Below are positions 51,313-62,292 of a stretch of DNA of 64,000 nucleotides, one piece after another. Within the stretch, counting starts at the first letter, position 1. The number at the start of each line of letters is the position of its first letter. A model generated the notes under the pieces. That model was not told the DNA's origin, ran no database searches, and worked only from the letters and a program-made list of their open reading frames with translations. Origin of the DNA: Aulosira sp. ZfuVER01 (GTDB taxonomy: Bacteria > Cyanobacteriota > Cyanobacteriia > Cyanobacteriales > Nostocaceae); NCBI GenBank assembly GCA_034530615.2, contig JAVRCV020000041.1, forward strand, positions 192,001 through 256,000, in the 5' to 3' direction. The position numbers and the translations under genes were made by a program.

Positions 51313-51464
51313 CACATCACGCTCAATACAGTTCAGTTAAGGGGCAAAAGGGGAAAGGTTTGAATTCACCCTTTAGCCTTACCGTTTGACCAAATTAAAG
51401 CAAGTTTATCTACCGAAGTGTTAGAAAAGACTTGAGAGCAAATCTTGTCTTGAGGTGACAGGGT

Positions 51465-52100
51465 ATGGATGAAGTTGTTAAAAAAGTTGCGGCTTTGGGT
51501 TTACCGGGTGTGATTTTGGTAATCACAATGGCTGCTACAGGCTTTACGGGTGCTGCTGCTATTACCGCAGCTTTAGCTTTTTTGGGTGGCCCGGCGGGGA
51601 TGCTGGGTGGAATTGCTGTGTTGGGGCTGACAGGTTTAATTACTGATGCTTTGGCGAAAGTTAGCCTGGAAGATTTGCTGACGGCGGTTTATTGCCAACG
51701 CCGACAAACTGAACCACATGGCAAACTTTTAGATGAGATTGATTCTTTGTCGCTGTTTGATGGCGATATGAAAGACAGACTAAAAACAACGGTAACTGAT
51801 GGGTGCGGTTGTGCAACAGTAGTTAGCGATAATACAACAGATGATGCTAAAGATGCGATCGCAATTTTAGAAAATGTCCCTGGTATGACTCGCGCACACC
51901 ACAGAGATTTTAAGAGTTCCAACCCAATTATGCGGCTGAGGGATGGCAGCGCGGTAAGGACATGGAAAAATCCCTTGGGGGTTGACCATGTTTTTATCAG
52001 CGATCGCCATGACAGAATGATTTACGGTGGTTTTGTTGGCTGGATTCACAGCGAAGGTTTAAACCAAGCACTCATTCGCATCAGGCGAGATTTTACTTAG
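51465..52100 (+). CDS. Hypothetical protein with Gly/Ala-rich N-terminal membrane hairpin
   Basis: 211-aa ORF, GAGG RBS, about 50-aa hydrophobic Gly-rich N-terminus. Confidence 0.8.
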   Translation: MDEVVKKVAALGLPGVILVITMAATGFTGAAAITAALAFLGGPAGMLGGIAVLGLTGLITDALAKVSLEDLLTAVYCQRRQTEPHGKLLDEIDSLSLFDGDMKDRLKTTVTDGCGCATVVSDNTTDDAKDAIAILENVPGMTRAHHRDFKSSNPIMRLRDGSAVRTWKNPLGVDHVFISDRHDRMIYGGFVGWIHSEGLNQALIRIRRDFT

Positions 52101-52140
52101 CACCACTCTTCACAATCACCTGAGAAGAGAATAAATTATT

Positions 52141-52234
52141 AGGCTAATAGCTAAATTCGTCTAAAGACAACTGGTAAAGTTTTCAGTCCACTTGAGTGGA
52201 CTTAGGCTATTAGCCTTGGAATGAATTCCAAGGC
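52141..52234. repeat. REP-like composite palindrome between convergent genes
   Basis: AGGCTAATAGC/GCTATTAGCCT arms, inner AGTCCACTTGAGTGGACT, then GCCTTGGAATGAATTCCAAGGC. Confidence 0.7.
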
Positions 52235-52267
52235 GGACGATGGTGCTAGTTGAGAATCTTGCAACAT

Positions 52268-52840
52268 TTAAGAGCCAACATCCAAAGTAAAGTAGAAACT
52301 CTTATCAACAATTCTGTTGCTGCCATAATATTTGATAAGCGGAATTATGGCTTGGTGTTGTCCTGGCTCAAGTTTCCACGTTTTTTGGAAGTTACCAATA
52401 TTGTGACAAACACCTTTATGAATCGGGAAGTTACTAGAAGTTAACAGAACATCTTGATAACTCTCAACTCCATTTTTGAAGAGATAAGCTTTTGCTTCTA
52501 ATTTATTAAGACTAACTTCAGAGGGTATACAATAGCTGAGATTCAAAACCTTCAAACTATCACCAGCTTTCAGAGGAATCTGTTTATGATTATTTACTTG
52601 CAGAGGTTCGTCGCTATTAATTTGTACAGTAAGGTTGACAACACATATTTTATATTGATTGCATTGTGAATTAGTTTGCTTCAACAACATTGTAGGAGTA
52701 GCAGCAAGAGGAGGTTTCATTTCTGGATTACTTTTGCTTATCAAAGCAACCAACACAGCAGCACTAGCAGGAATAAGTGCAACGAGGATAGGAGTAATTA
52801 ATTTTAAAGTTGCAACTCTCATATTTAGTAACTTCCACAA
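52268..52840 (-). CDS. Hypothetical N-terminally anchored exported protein
   Basis: Hydrophobic N-terminal helix followed by a beta-rich domain with 4 Cys. Confidence 0.72.
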   Translation of the reverse strand: MWKLLNMRVATLKLITPILVALIPASAAVLVALISKSNPEMKPPLAATPTMLLKQTNSQCNQYKICVVNLTVQINSDEPLQVNNHKQIPLKAGDSLKVLNLSYCIPSEVSLNKLEAKAYLFKNGVESYQDVLLTSSNFPIHKGVCHNIGNFQKTWKLEPGQHQAIIPLIKYYGSNRIVDKSFYFTLDVGS

Positions 52841-53182
52841 ATTTATTTATGTTCAATTACTAGATTATTTGGGTGTCTACAATTTGTCGGTATGTGCAGG
52901 TAGGAACTATAAATAATGCTATTTTTTGAGGTAGGTAGGTCAAAGTAGGTTAATGTTGGATCAAAATAAACTATGCCAGCTTTATTAAAAAAGGTGAATT
53001 GCGCTATCACTAATGAAACCTGCGTAGGCAAGCTTTGTATGTATAGCTCCAGACTTATAGTCTGAGAGCGATTTTTGCAACTGCACCTTGATCATTGTAA
53101 TTATTGCAATACAGCGTTTTTTATGCCAAAATACATCCCAGCTTAGGCTTGTATTATTAATTACTAACAGTTCTGATAACTC

Positions 53183-54250
53183 ATGAACTCAGAAGACGCA
53201 TTTGAATTTATGAATGGGCTAATTTTGGAAAAAACAAAAATTAGTCTGAATGAATGTGAACGGGATGTCTTTCTGGGAATATGGGCAAGCAAGACTTATG
53301 GAGAGATTAGTCAGGAGAAGAATAGAGATTATCAATATGTTAAAGAAACTGGTCCTAAATTATTTAAAAAAATTGGTACTATTTTTCAGATAAATCTGAA
53401 TAAAAATAATTTTAAGCCAACAATAGAGCAATTATATAAACAGTATACTTTACGAAAAATCTCAGAAATTCCACAGCGCGACGATGTAATTACCAATCTC
53501 TCTATTGCACAGCAAGACAGACCTGCTTACACAGATAACCCATTTATTCCCCTCAATGACATCATCACCGAACAGCATTTATTGTTCGGTAGGGAAAGGG
53601 AGATTACAAGAGTATTTGAAACCCTAAACAGTGGCAGTAGCGTAGCACTTATTGGAGAGAAAAAAATCGGCAAGTCTTCTCTACTCCAAGCTATTTACCA
53701 ACAGGCACAACATCAGCTGCTCAAACCACGCAAGGCAATTTATATCAATTTAAGCCTAATTTTTAATGATGATGACTTTTATGATGAACTCTGTAATAAG
53801 GTGAGAATTACTGTTAGCAAAGGTCGGAAATTAATTCGGGAGTTACAAAAACAGCAATTATTGCTGTTATTAGACGAAGTACAACAAATGACTTGGGATG
53901 GTTTCACCAGAGAACTACGCCAACAACTGCGCGGTTTGGCTGACGGACAAGCCAACCCACCTTTGCGCTTGGTAATTGCAGCTAGCGAACACTTAGATGT
54001 TCTGTTTCCTGATAGCCGAGATAATCCTTCACCATTCCAAGGCGTTTGCATTGAAGAAGTTATCAAGCCTTGGGAAGAAAATATTGTGCGTGGCTTTATT
54101 GACAGTCGGTTAGTGAATACTCAGGTGAGTTTTACAGAAGAGGAAATTATTCAACTTACCCAAGAAAGCGGTGGACACCCTCAGCGACTTATGCATTTGT
54201 GCTATCGAACTTATTCGCGGTATATGGAGAGGATAAAAACTGAATTATGA
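53183..54250 (+). CDS. N-terminal HTH plus STAND-like ATPase
   Basis: LNECERDVFLGIWASKTYGEI HTH-like region; NPF, FGREREI, GEKKIGKSS, LLLLDEV, SGGHPQRL. Confidence 0.85.
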   Translation: MNSEDAFEFMNGLILEKTKISLNECERDVFLGIWASKTYGEISQEKNRDYQYVKETGPKLFKKIGTIFQINLNKNNFKPTIEQLYKQYTLRKISEIPQRDDVITNLSIAQQDRPAYTDNPFIPLNDIITEQHLLFGREREITRVFETLNSGSSVALIGEKKIGKSSLLQAIYQQAQHQLLKPRKAIYINLSLIFNDDDFYDELCNKVRITVSKGRKLIRELQKQQLLLLLDEVQQMTWDGFTRELRQQLRGLADGQANPPLRLVIAASEHLDVLFPDSRDNPSPFQGVCIEEVIKPWEENIVRGFIDSRLVNTQVSFTEEEIIQLTQESGGHPQRLMHLCYRTYSRYMERIKTEL

Positions 54251-56847
54251 CCGAACACCAGCCTGTACCACACTTAGATTTAGCTCCCAAGTTGTGCCGT
54301 CCACTCTCACTGTGGAAACCTTTGGATTACCTGCACCTTTTGTATTGGGTGTTTTTCTTTCCCCAGGCTTTGCGGTGGTATATAGATACTTTTGCGGGTA
54401 TAAATATTCCTGGAAGCGAAATAGATTATCCAAGGGACAAAGAACTGTTGTCCGAAAATATCATCATTAGAAACTTACTTATACAAGCGTTGGTATTGAT
54501 TGGAATTTTATTTCTTTTATTAATAAAGGTTTCAAGTAATTGGTTGAGCATTTTAGGCATAGTAGCAGGGGTATTTTTTGGCATACTGTGGGCAGCAGCA
54601 ACACGATTTCTACCATTAATTAACCGAACCCGTCCATATAGTTCTAGTTTTTGGGGCTTAGTAATGGGTGCATTTGCATCAGGCGGAGGCGTAGAAATAC
54701 CATTTTTTCCTACTTCTTTCTCAGCTGCTTTGGGTTTGGCATCAGGTGCTACATTTTGCTTGTTATGGCCGTTATTATCGGGTGTGGAATCAGGCATAGT
54801 CTTGGGTCTGTCATCGTGGATAGAGTTTGGTGTAATGTTCGGTATTGGTTTAGCTATAGAATTGGGCATCAAGTTGGGCATCATATTCGGTATTGCATCG
54901 GTTATGGTGATGCTTCGTATAGATAATTGGCTTTTAGGTTTACTTTTTGCTTTGCGATTTCATCAGGCAAAATGGGAGTTCTCGCATATCACTCCATTTG
55001 CCCTCCCCTTCTTGTCTTCTCATGTAAAACATTGGTTGCGTCAAGATTGGGAAATTGGTCTCCATAATGTTAATCAAATACTGGCTTACACTCTTCAGTC
55101 CACACCCGTTGTCAATGCAGTAAATCAAGTACTAGAAGAAATACCTTCAGAGAAAGTCATTTGTTGCATAGTTCAGTTGGTAGAAGCTCCTTTTGATTGG
55201 TATCTCGTGCGTTTAGTCTCAAATTATGAGAATAAAGCAACTAAATTAAATAAATCGCAGAATGTTTCATTTGTCTCTGCTCATACTGTGGCAGCTGGTT
55301 TTTGGCATCTACATAACAAACAACCAACGAAAGCAACAGAGGCTTTTGCTCTAGTGCGTTCTCTTCTATATGGTGAGGAAATATATACCCTTGCCGCAAC
55401 TCTAACAGCATTTCACGAAGCTAAAGAACTAAGCTCTATTGCCGCTCTCCAAATACCTTTATTTCCACAGGAACCTCTTTTACTTCCAGTCACTTGGAGA
55501 ACAATTACTAGCCTGCGTCGAGTTGTTGAAGATGTCCAGTTTGTTAATCGCAGCGTATCTCGTTCGGCTAGGTCTTTGGCTCTCAATCGCACTTTAGGTG
55601 AACTTACTAATATCCTGAATCAAGCTGACACTTTGCCGCAAGCAGAACGCGGACTAATTGTAGAGATTGCCCAAACTTGGAAAGAAAACTTGTTACAAAT
55701 CGCTGGTGAGGTGGGGGAAGTTACCATCACCAAACCTGTGATTAATCCTTATGTAGTAGGCGACCCCGTTCAAGGTAATATCTTCGTTGGGCGAGAAGAT
55801 ATCATTAGACAGTTAGAAGAACTTTGGGTGATGGGTCATCAGCTCCAGTCTGTAGTCCTCTACGGTCACAGGCGCATGGGTAAAACTTCTATCCTGGTTA
55901 ACGCCGCTATTTCTCTAGGTTCAGGGCTTCAGCTAGTTTATATCAACTTGCTGCGGTTGGGAGATACTCCGCAAGGAGTTGGCGAGGTGCTAATGGCAAT
56001 GACTGATGAAATTTCCCAAGCTGTGCAAATTCCACCTCCACCTGATGCAGATTTGCTCAACCTTCCCTACCGGACTTTTGAACGTTATTTGAAACAGGTA
56101 GAAGCACAACTCGATTGTGGGTTAATAATCGCTTTAGATGAGTTCGAGAAAATTGAAGAACTAATTGAAGCCGGAAGAATCTCCCAAGATTTTATGGGAT
56201 TTCTGCGGGGGTTGATGCAAATGAGTTCTAAAGTCGCCTTTGCTTTTGCTGGTTTGCACACCTTAGAGGAAATGACGGCAGATTATTTTCAGCCTTTCTT
56301 TGCCAGCGTCATCCCCATCCATGTAGGCTTTCAGGAACGTGCAGCTACTCGGCAAATTCTAGCTAACCCAGATGATGATTTCCTCCTCGACTACACGCCG
56401 GAAGCGCTAGATGAAATTTATGCTTTAACGCATGGTCAACCTTATTTAGTGCAACTGTTAGGATTTCAGCTAGTGCGCCGCTACAATGACTTTGTATTTG
56501 AGCAAGGACGTTCCCGCAATCCGGTTTTCACGGTGGAAGATGTAGCAGCAGTTATCAACGATCCTGAGTTTTTCAAGCGGGGACGCTACTATTTTGATGG
56601 GGTTTGGGGTCAGGCGATGCGGGGTGCTGATGGTCAGCAGGCAATAATACAAATACTTGCACCGCACCCAGAGGGGTTAAGTTTAGATGTCTTAGCTCAG
56701 TCTACGGCTATGGGTAGCGAACAGTTACAGGCAGCGCTCAGTATGTTAATGCGTCATGATGTAGTTGCACAGACTCAGGGACGGTGGCGAATTATTGTAG
56801 AACTGTTTCGCCGTTGGGTTTTGCAAAGTCATCCGCTGGGAGAGTAA
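54247..56847 (+). CDS. Multi-TM protein with C-terminal STAND-like ATPase
   Basis: Gly-rich TM cluster; NPYVVGDP, FVGRED, GHRRMGKTS, IIALDEFE, GQPYLVQ; ATGA overlap with upstream gene. Confidence 0.85.
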   Translation: MTEHQPVPHLDLAPKLCRPLSLWKPLDYLHLLYWVFFFPQALRWYIDTFAGINIPGSEIDYPRDKELLSENIIIRNLLIQALVLIGILFLLLIKVSSNWLSILGIVAGVFFGILWAAATRFLPLINRTRPYSSSFWGLVMGAFASGGGVEIPFFPTSFSAALGLASGATFCLLWPLLSGVESGIVLGLSSWIEFGVMFGIGLAIELGIKLGIIFGIASVMVMLRIDNWLLGLLFALRFHQAKWEFSHITPFALPFLSSHVKHWLRQDWEIGLHNVNQILAYTLQSTPVVNAVNQVLEEIPSEKVICCIVQLVEAPFDWYLVRLVSNYENKATKLNKSQNVSFVSAHTVAAGFWHLHNKQPTKATEAFALVRSLLYGEEIYTLAATLTAFHEAKELSSIAALQIPLFPQEPLLLPVTWRTITSLRRVVEDVQFVNRSVSRSARSLALNRTLGELTNILNQADTLPQAERGLIVEIAQTWKENLLQIAGEVGEVTITKPVINPYVVGDPVQGNIFVGREDIIRQLEELWVMGHQLQSVVLYGHRRMGKTSILVNAAISLGSGLQLVYINLLRLGDTPQGVGEVLMAMTDEISQAVQIPPPPDADLLNLPYRTFERYLKQVEAQLDCGLIIALDEFEKIEELIEAGRISQDFMGFLRGLMQMSSKVAFAFAGLHTLEEMTADYFQPFFASVIPIHVGFQERAATRQILANPDDDFLLDYTPEALDEIYALTHGQPYLVQLLGFQLVRRYNDFVFEQGRSRNPVFTVEDVAAVINDPEFFKRGRYYFDGVWGQAMRGADGQQAIIQILAPHPEGLSLDVLAQSTAMGSEQLQAALSMLMRHDVVAQTQGRWRIIVELFRRWVLQSHPLGE

Positions 56848-57086
56848 GGCAGAGGGCAACTCGTGAAGCAATACTCTTGCGTTCATTCTTTGCGCCTAAT
56901 CTGTGGGAGGCCGATGCGCGTCTATACGCGAGACTATTTGATTTAGTAACGCCAAAAAATTCTCTAAAACCAAAATCTAAAATTTAGTATGCGTTACAAT
57001 CGCTTGTAAATAAAATTATCAAATCCTCACAAGTTCCTCAGATTTTTTACCTAACCTCTTCCTATAGCCAAAACAGGGTGATAACT

Positions 57087-57281
57087 ATGGAAACCAAAAG
57101 ATTGGCAAAATTTCTCCGCTTTTTGCAAGAAGAGTTGGCAATACCCGCAGATAGTTTGCAACTGGCGTTACGACATCCCGAGCAAAATCCTAGTTTATTA
57201 CCCATGATTCTTTGGCAGTATGGGCTGGTAACATTAAACCAGTTAGACGAGATTTTTGATTGGTTAAATGGAGCGTTTTAG
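57087..57281 (+). CDS. DUF2949 family protein
   Basis: FLQEELAIP...LPMILWQYGLVTLNQLDEIFDWL. Confidence 0.85.
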   Translation: METKRLAKFLRFLQEELAIPADSLQLALRHPEQNPSLLPMILWQYGLVTLNQLDEIFDWLNGAF

Positions 57282-57291
57282 CTGAGGTGCT

Positions 57292-58368
57292 ATGAGCAAA
57301 CAAAAGCGACTTGGCATTCTTACCAGTGGCGGTGACTGTCCGGGACTGAATGCGGTAATTCGCGCGGTTGTCAGCCATGCTACCCTGAGCTATGGCTGGC
57401 AAGTAGTGGGGATTCCTTATGCTACAAAAGGTTTGTTGGAAGCAAAGGCGATTCCGCTTTCTCTGCACGGTTTAGATTTACGTGGTATTGATCCTTTGTT
57501 AAGCATGGGTGGTACTATCCTTGGCAGTATCAACAAAGGCGATACTCTGGCTCATGTCGATGAAATTATGACTGGCTACCAGGCTTTAGAACTGGATGCT
57601 TTGATTGGAATTGGGGGAGACGGTAGTTTAGCTATTCTCAACCAATTGCGAAACAAGGGAAATTGGCAGTTCATTGCTATTCCCAAAACTATAGATAATG
57701 ATGTGGCGCTTACAGAAAGAGTAGTAGGGTTTGATACTGCTGTAAACACAGTTGTGGATGCTCTCAATCGTCTCACCTTCACTGCTTCCAGTCACGATCG
57801 CGTGATGATTGTCGAAGTGATGGGACGCACAGCAGGTCACTTAGCGCTGCATTCTGGGATTGCAGGCGGTGCAGATGTAATTCTGATTCCCGAAATTCCC
57901 TATACTATAAAGGATACTTGCGCACATCTGGCCGAATTGCGCGATCGCTGGGGACGCAGATTTGCTATTGTAGTTGTCGCAGAAGGCGCACATATTCCCG
58001 ACGATTCATCTAACTATGCTGCTTGTGAAAAACCATCCTGTGGTATTGGACAGTTTATTGCCGATGAACTCAGCAATTGCAGCCACAAGCAAATCGACAT
58101 TCGCGCTTCAGTTTTAGGACATATTCAACGCGGTGGTATTCCCTCAGCCTTAGACCGTTTGGTAGCCACAGCTTTTGGTAAAGCCGCCGTAGATTTAATC
58201 GCTGGTGGAACATCGGGACAGATGGTGGCTTGGCAAAACGGGGAAGTTGTGGCGGTTCCTTTAGAAGCAGTTTTAGCTAAAAGTCCATCACTTGTAGATC
58301 CACATAATTATCTCGTAGAAACAGCGCGATCGCTTGGTATTTATGTTGGCAATAATACTGCTGCATAG
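57292..58368 (+). CDS. pfkA: ATP-dependent 6-phosphofructokinase
   Basis: TSGGDCPGLN, GGTILG, GGDGS, PKTIDND, EVMGR, LGHIQRGG. Confidence 0.95.
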   Translation: MSKQKRLGILTSGGDCPGLNAVIRAVVSHATLSYGWQVVGIPYATKGLLEAKAIPLSLHGLDLRGIDPLLSMGGTILGSINKGDTLAHVDEIMTGYQALELDALIGIGGDGSLAILNQLRNKGNWQFIAIPKTIDNDVALTERVVGFDTAVNTVVDALNRLTFTASSHDRVMIVEVMGRTAGHLALHSGIAGGADVILIPEIPYTIKDTCAHLAELRDRWGRRFAIVVVAEGAHIPDDSSNYAACEKPSCGIGQFIADELSNCSHKQIDIRASVLGHIQRGGIPSALDRLVATAFGKAAVDLIAGGTSGQMVAWQNGEVVAVPLEAVLAKSPSLVDPHNYLVETARSLGIYVGNNTAA

Positions 58369-58731
58369 TACTTCTATTGGATTTGGGGACATACTTGTAG
58401 AGGTCAACAACACAGAACAAGCCAAGAATGATTTTTGCAAAAATCAAACCAGATTTCTATAGTGTTAATTTTTTATATTTAAATAAACCAATTTCTGCGA
58501 AAAGGTCATAAATTACTTCCTGTATTCAGAAAATAGATATGGGTCTATTATTGGCGTACTCCTGAATGCATCCAGGAAGACAAAATTAAATACAGTCAAT
58601 TCTATCTGTAGATAAGCCCTGATTTACACCAATTTAGATTTGGCTGTACAAACTAAATTAATGTTCTAAGTCTTCCTAATTGCTTGATTTCAGAGAAACA
58701 TCGGGCGATTCTCTGATAACCACAGGAAATT

Positions 58732-60330
58732 ATGGGAAAAAACAATATGAATATTAGCAGACGCGAAGCGATTAAACTGAGTTTAGCTGGTGGTGGAGTT
58801 CTACTATCACCCTTCGGATTTCCAAGTATTGCTTCCGCACAATTGAGTCCGCAAATTCCTCGTTTTAAGCTGCCTTTTAAAGTACCCCCAGTACTCAAAC
58901 CACAACGTAGTGATGACACCACCGATTATTACGAAATCAAAATTCAGAAGTCTGCAATTGAAATTTTACCTGGGCTGAAAACAGAGATTTGGGGCTATAA
59001 CGGTATCAGTCCAGGCCCAACAATTAGGCAACGAGGCGGTAAGCGCGATGAAGGCGGACGCTTCTCGAAAGTTCGTTTTATTAATCAGTTAGATAAAGAT
59101 GCTCAAGGGCGGTTAATCAATAATGTTATCCATTTACACGGCATGGCATCACTACCGCAGTACGATGGCTATACCATTGATTATATTCCTCCCCAATACT
59201 TCAAAGATTACATTTATCCCAACGATCGCGCCGCCACTCTTTGGTATCACGACCACACTCTCGATTTCACTTCCCGCAACGTATACATGGGTTTAGCCGG
59301 GATGTACATCGTTGAAGATGACTACGAACTGAATTTACCTCTACCTAAAGGCGAATATGACGTACCCCTAATTATTCAAGATAAGCGATTAGCCAATGAT
59401 GGCAGCTTAATCTTTAATGACAACAATCAAAGAAACCTTTATGGAGACGTAATTCTCGTCAATGGAGTGCCTTGGCCGCAAATGCAAGTGGCTAATCGCA
59501 AGTACCGCTTTCGAGTTTTAAATGCTTCTACATCTCGGAATTACAAACTGATTTTGAGCCAGAAACCAGATACACAAACCAGCGGTGAAAGGTTGATTGT
59601 GATTGCTAGTGATGCGGGTTTACTCGCTGCACCAGTAGAGTTGGTTTCGCCATTGCAAGGTCTACAGGTTGGGATGGCAGAACGCTACGATATCGTCATC
59701 GATTTTTCTAAATATTCAATTGGTTCCCAAGTCTACTTACGGAATGTTGACTCTGCTAGTCCTGTTGATAATGATGTGCGGACACACACCATTATGCGCT
59801 TTGATGTTGTACGCCAAGAACAAGATGACAGCATCATTCCCAATCAATTACGCCCTGTAGAATCTTTGAGAGATAAGCCAATTGCCAGAACCCGAAACTT
59901 CCGCTTTGAACGCAACAACGGACAGTGGAAAATAAATAACCTTACTTGGGACTCTAAGCGAGTAGATGCTAATCCCCAACCAGGTGATGTGGAAATTTGG
60001 GAGTTGGTTAACCCAGGAAGTGGCTGGGTGCATCCCGTCCACATTCATCTGGTTGACTTGCAACTACTTGACCGCAACGGCTTACCGCCTCGTCCTTACG
60101 AACGGGGTTGGAAAGATGTTTTCTTAGTTGGTGAATTCGAGACAGTCCGCGTGATTGCTCAGTTTCGGAGTCGAGATCTAAGGGATATTAAAGGTAAATT
60201 TATGATGCATTGCCACAATCTCGTTCATGAAGACCATGCAATGATGACTCAGTTTGAAATTGGTCAAGGTGGCCCTAACCCAGTGACAACAGCACCTGCG
60301 CTACCGATTTCGCAAATCACAACGCTGTAA
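58732..60330 (+). CDS. Tat-exported multicopper oxidase (CotA/bilirubin oxidase-like)
   Basis: SRREAIK Tat signal; HLHG, WYHDH, HPVHIH, HCHNLVHEDHAMM copper ligands. Confidence 0.94.
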   Translation: MGKNNMNISRREAIKLSLAGGGVLLSPFGFPSIASAQLSPQIPRFKLPFKVPPVLKPQRSDDTTDYYEIKIQKSAIEILPGLKTEIWGYNGISPGPTIRQRGGKRDEGGRFSKVRFINQLDKDAQGRLINNVIHLHGMASLPQYDGYTIDYIPPQYFKDYIYPNDRAATLWYHDHTLDFTSRNVYMGLAGMYIVEDDYELNLPLPKGEYDVPLIIQDKRLANDGSLIFNDNNQRNLYGDVILVNGVPWPQMQVANRKYRFRVLNASTSRNYKLILSQKPDTQTSGERLIVIASDAGLLAAPVELVSPLQGLQVGMAERYDIVIDFSKYSIGSQVYLRNVDSASPVDNDVRTHTIMRFDVVRQEQDDSIIPNQLRPVESLRDKPIARTRNFRFERNNGQWKINNLTWDSKRVDANPQPGDVEIWELVNPGSGWVHPVHIHLVDLQLLDRNGLPPRPYERGWKDVFLVGEFETVRVIAQFRSRDLRDIKGKFMMHCHNLVHEDHAMMTQFEIGQGGPNPVTTAPALPISQITTL

Positions 60331-60335
60331 ATGCC

Positions 60336-60677
60336 TTAGTTTCCTGCCCCGTAAACTTCCTCATTATGTTTCTCTATTGCTTCTATATCGTAAGGATTAG
60401 TCGCTTGAGGACGAACAGTATTAACAGCTGGTTGTTTTTCTTGGGCAGGATTCTTATCCTCTGTTTTGCTTTCTGTGGTTTGTTGATTGCTTTTTGATTC
60501 ATCAACATTAGCCTTTGGTAATTCTGGAGATGGCGTTACCTCAGGCGAAACAGCATTCACAGTATTCTCAGCAATCCATGCATTCCCTTCAATCCAAGGA
60601 TTAGCAAAGGTAGTTTCAGCAATTAGTAACACTGAGGCAATCAAGAATATCAGTGTTAAAAATACGGTTTTCCACAT
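60336..60677 (-). CDS. Hypothetical secreted low-complexity protein
   Basis: Signal-peptide-like N-terminus, acidic/polar body. Confidence 0.65.
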   Translation of the reverse strand: MWKTVFLTLIFLIASVLLIAETTFANPWIEGNAWIAENTVNAVSPEVTPSPELPKANVDESKSNQQTTESKTEDKNPAQEKQPAVNTVRPQATNPYDIEAIEKHNEEVYGAGN

Positions 60678-61329
60678 AAAACTTTTCCCAGTTTGATAAC
60701 TAAGGTTTTATCTTCACTCTAAACTAATTGCCAATTAAATCAAGAAGTAGAAATAAATCAACACAACTTTGCTATTCTATTTCCCTTTCAAATCACTTCT
60801 TTCTTAAGTCTGTAACTGGCAATATTCTCTGATTCTAAGGTTAAGTGCCTCTTGGATTATGTCTAGTGAATTACAAACTCAAATATATTTCTCTCTTCTT
60901 CTAGTTTCCCTGCTTGCCTCAACAGGTAAATTATTTTATTTTCTCAGACCACATCTATGTAATTTACCCGCAACAAATTGATGAAAATCTTTACTCTGCC
61001 GCTAATCTTCTGTTTTCAGTTTAGTACGCCACGGCGGAAATAACTATAGAGTCGAAAACCTGAAAAAACCTTTCTTTTCATCGGCTATCTACCTTCCTGT
61101 AATAGCTTCATACCAGAGTAAGATATTTATTTAATAAATAAAATTTATATATAACTTAAGGCATAGATAAACTAGCAATCATATCACTCTATTTTCTAGC
61201 TTTCAGTTCTCAAGTATGAAGTATAAACCCTAGACGATCTCAACAAACTTCAGTCGCCAGCAGGATGAAAATAACTTCAATACTTAATAAACTAATGCAT
61301 AGATATTTTCACCCTATTGGGAATAACTT

Positions 61330-62166
61330 ATGCCTCTCTACAAACTCGAAGATTTTGAACCTAACTACCGAGAAATATTTGGTGGTGATGATGTTAAATC
61401 CTTGGAACTCTACACTCAAGGAGGAGTGAGAGTTGGCTCAGTTGCCGATGCTTTAGTTGATGACAATGGACGTTTCCGCTATCTAGTAATTGACACAAAC
61501 TTAAATGGTGGTAATAAGAAAATATTACTACCTATTGGTCTGGCTCATATTAATTATGGTGAAAAGCGAGTATATGTAGATGGGTTGAGTAAAGAGCAGG
61601 TAGAACGTTTACTTGAATATAGGGAAAACATTGCCGTTAATGAAGATTATGAAGAGAATGCCCGCAGTGTTTATCGTTCGCCCAACAGCCAATCAACCTC
61701 CACACAGGGAACATTTAGTTACCAAGCACCGGAGTTATATGAATTGAATGCGCAAGATCAACAAACTATCAAATTATATGAAGAACGATTAATTGCTCAT
61801 AAACAACGGGTTAAAGCCGGAGAAGTTACAGTTGGTAAGCACATTGAAACAGAAACTGCGCAAGTTTCTGTACCTTTGGAAAAAGAGCGTGTTGTAATTG
61901 AAAGGGTAACTCCGACCTCAGAAACTGTAATAAATCCACAAGAAGTACAGTTCCAAGAAGGTGAAGTAGCTCGCATAGAAGTTTACGAAGAAACACCTGA
62001 GATTCGCAAAGAAACTGTTGTGCGTGAAGAAGTCCGAGTTAGGAAAGTAGTAGATACAGATACTGTTTCAGCAGAAGAAATAGTACGGCGGGAAGAGTTA
62101 GCTATTGATACTTCAGGTAATTTGGATGTGAACGAAACAAATCCGCCTAGAGATACAGCTATTTAA
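61330..62166 (+). CDS. PRC-barrel plus DUF2382 (YsnF/AvaK-like) protein
   Basis: VGSVADALVD..GRFRYLV, KLYEERLIA.K, KETVVREEV, VRREEL. Confidence 0.9.
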   Translation: MPLYKLEDFEPNYREIFGGDDVKSLELYTQGGVRVGSVADALVDDNGRFRYLVIDTNLNGGNKKILLPIGLAHINYGEKRVYVDGLSKEQVERLLEYRENIAVNEDYEENARSVYRSPNSQSTSTQGTFSYQAPELYELNAQDQQTIKLYEERLIAHKQRVKAGEVTVGKHIETETAQVSVPLEKERVVIERVTPTSETVINPQEVQFQEGEVARIEVYEETPEIRKETVVREEVRVRKVVDTDTVSAEEIVRREELAIDTSGNLDVNETNPPRDTAI

Positions 62167-62261
62167 TTAGCTAAACTAGGATTTGATAATTTAGGCGATC
62201 GCTGTTAAATAATATCTGTGAGTATTCAAGGGTATCTGTTCTCAATTATCGTAGTTATAGT

Positions 62262-62292
62262 GCAGGCAAAGTAGATTATTATCTTTGCCTGC
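62262..62292 (+). terminator. Hairpin after first DUF2382 gene
   Basis: GCAGGCAAAG...CTTTGCCTGC. Confidence 0.55.

Noticed and set aside
50938..51363. 141-aa (+) and 80-aa (-) hydrophobic ORFs as confident CDS
   Set aside because: Open frames follow from the stop-free repeat unit and no clear RBS is present; kept only as a hypothesis under findings
56848..56990. Possible ncRNA or 67-aa ORF after the membrane ATPase
   Set aside because: No recognisable RNA family or RBS; looks like degenerate dispersed repeats and STRR
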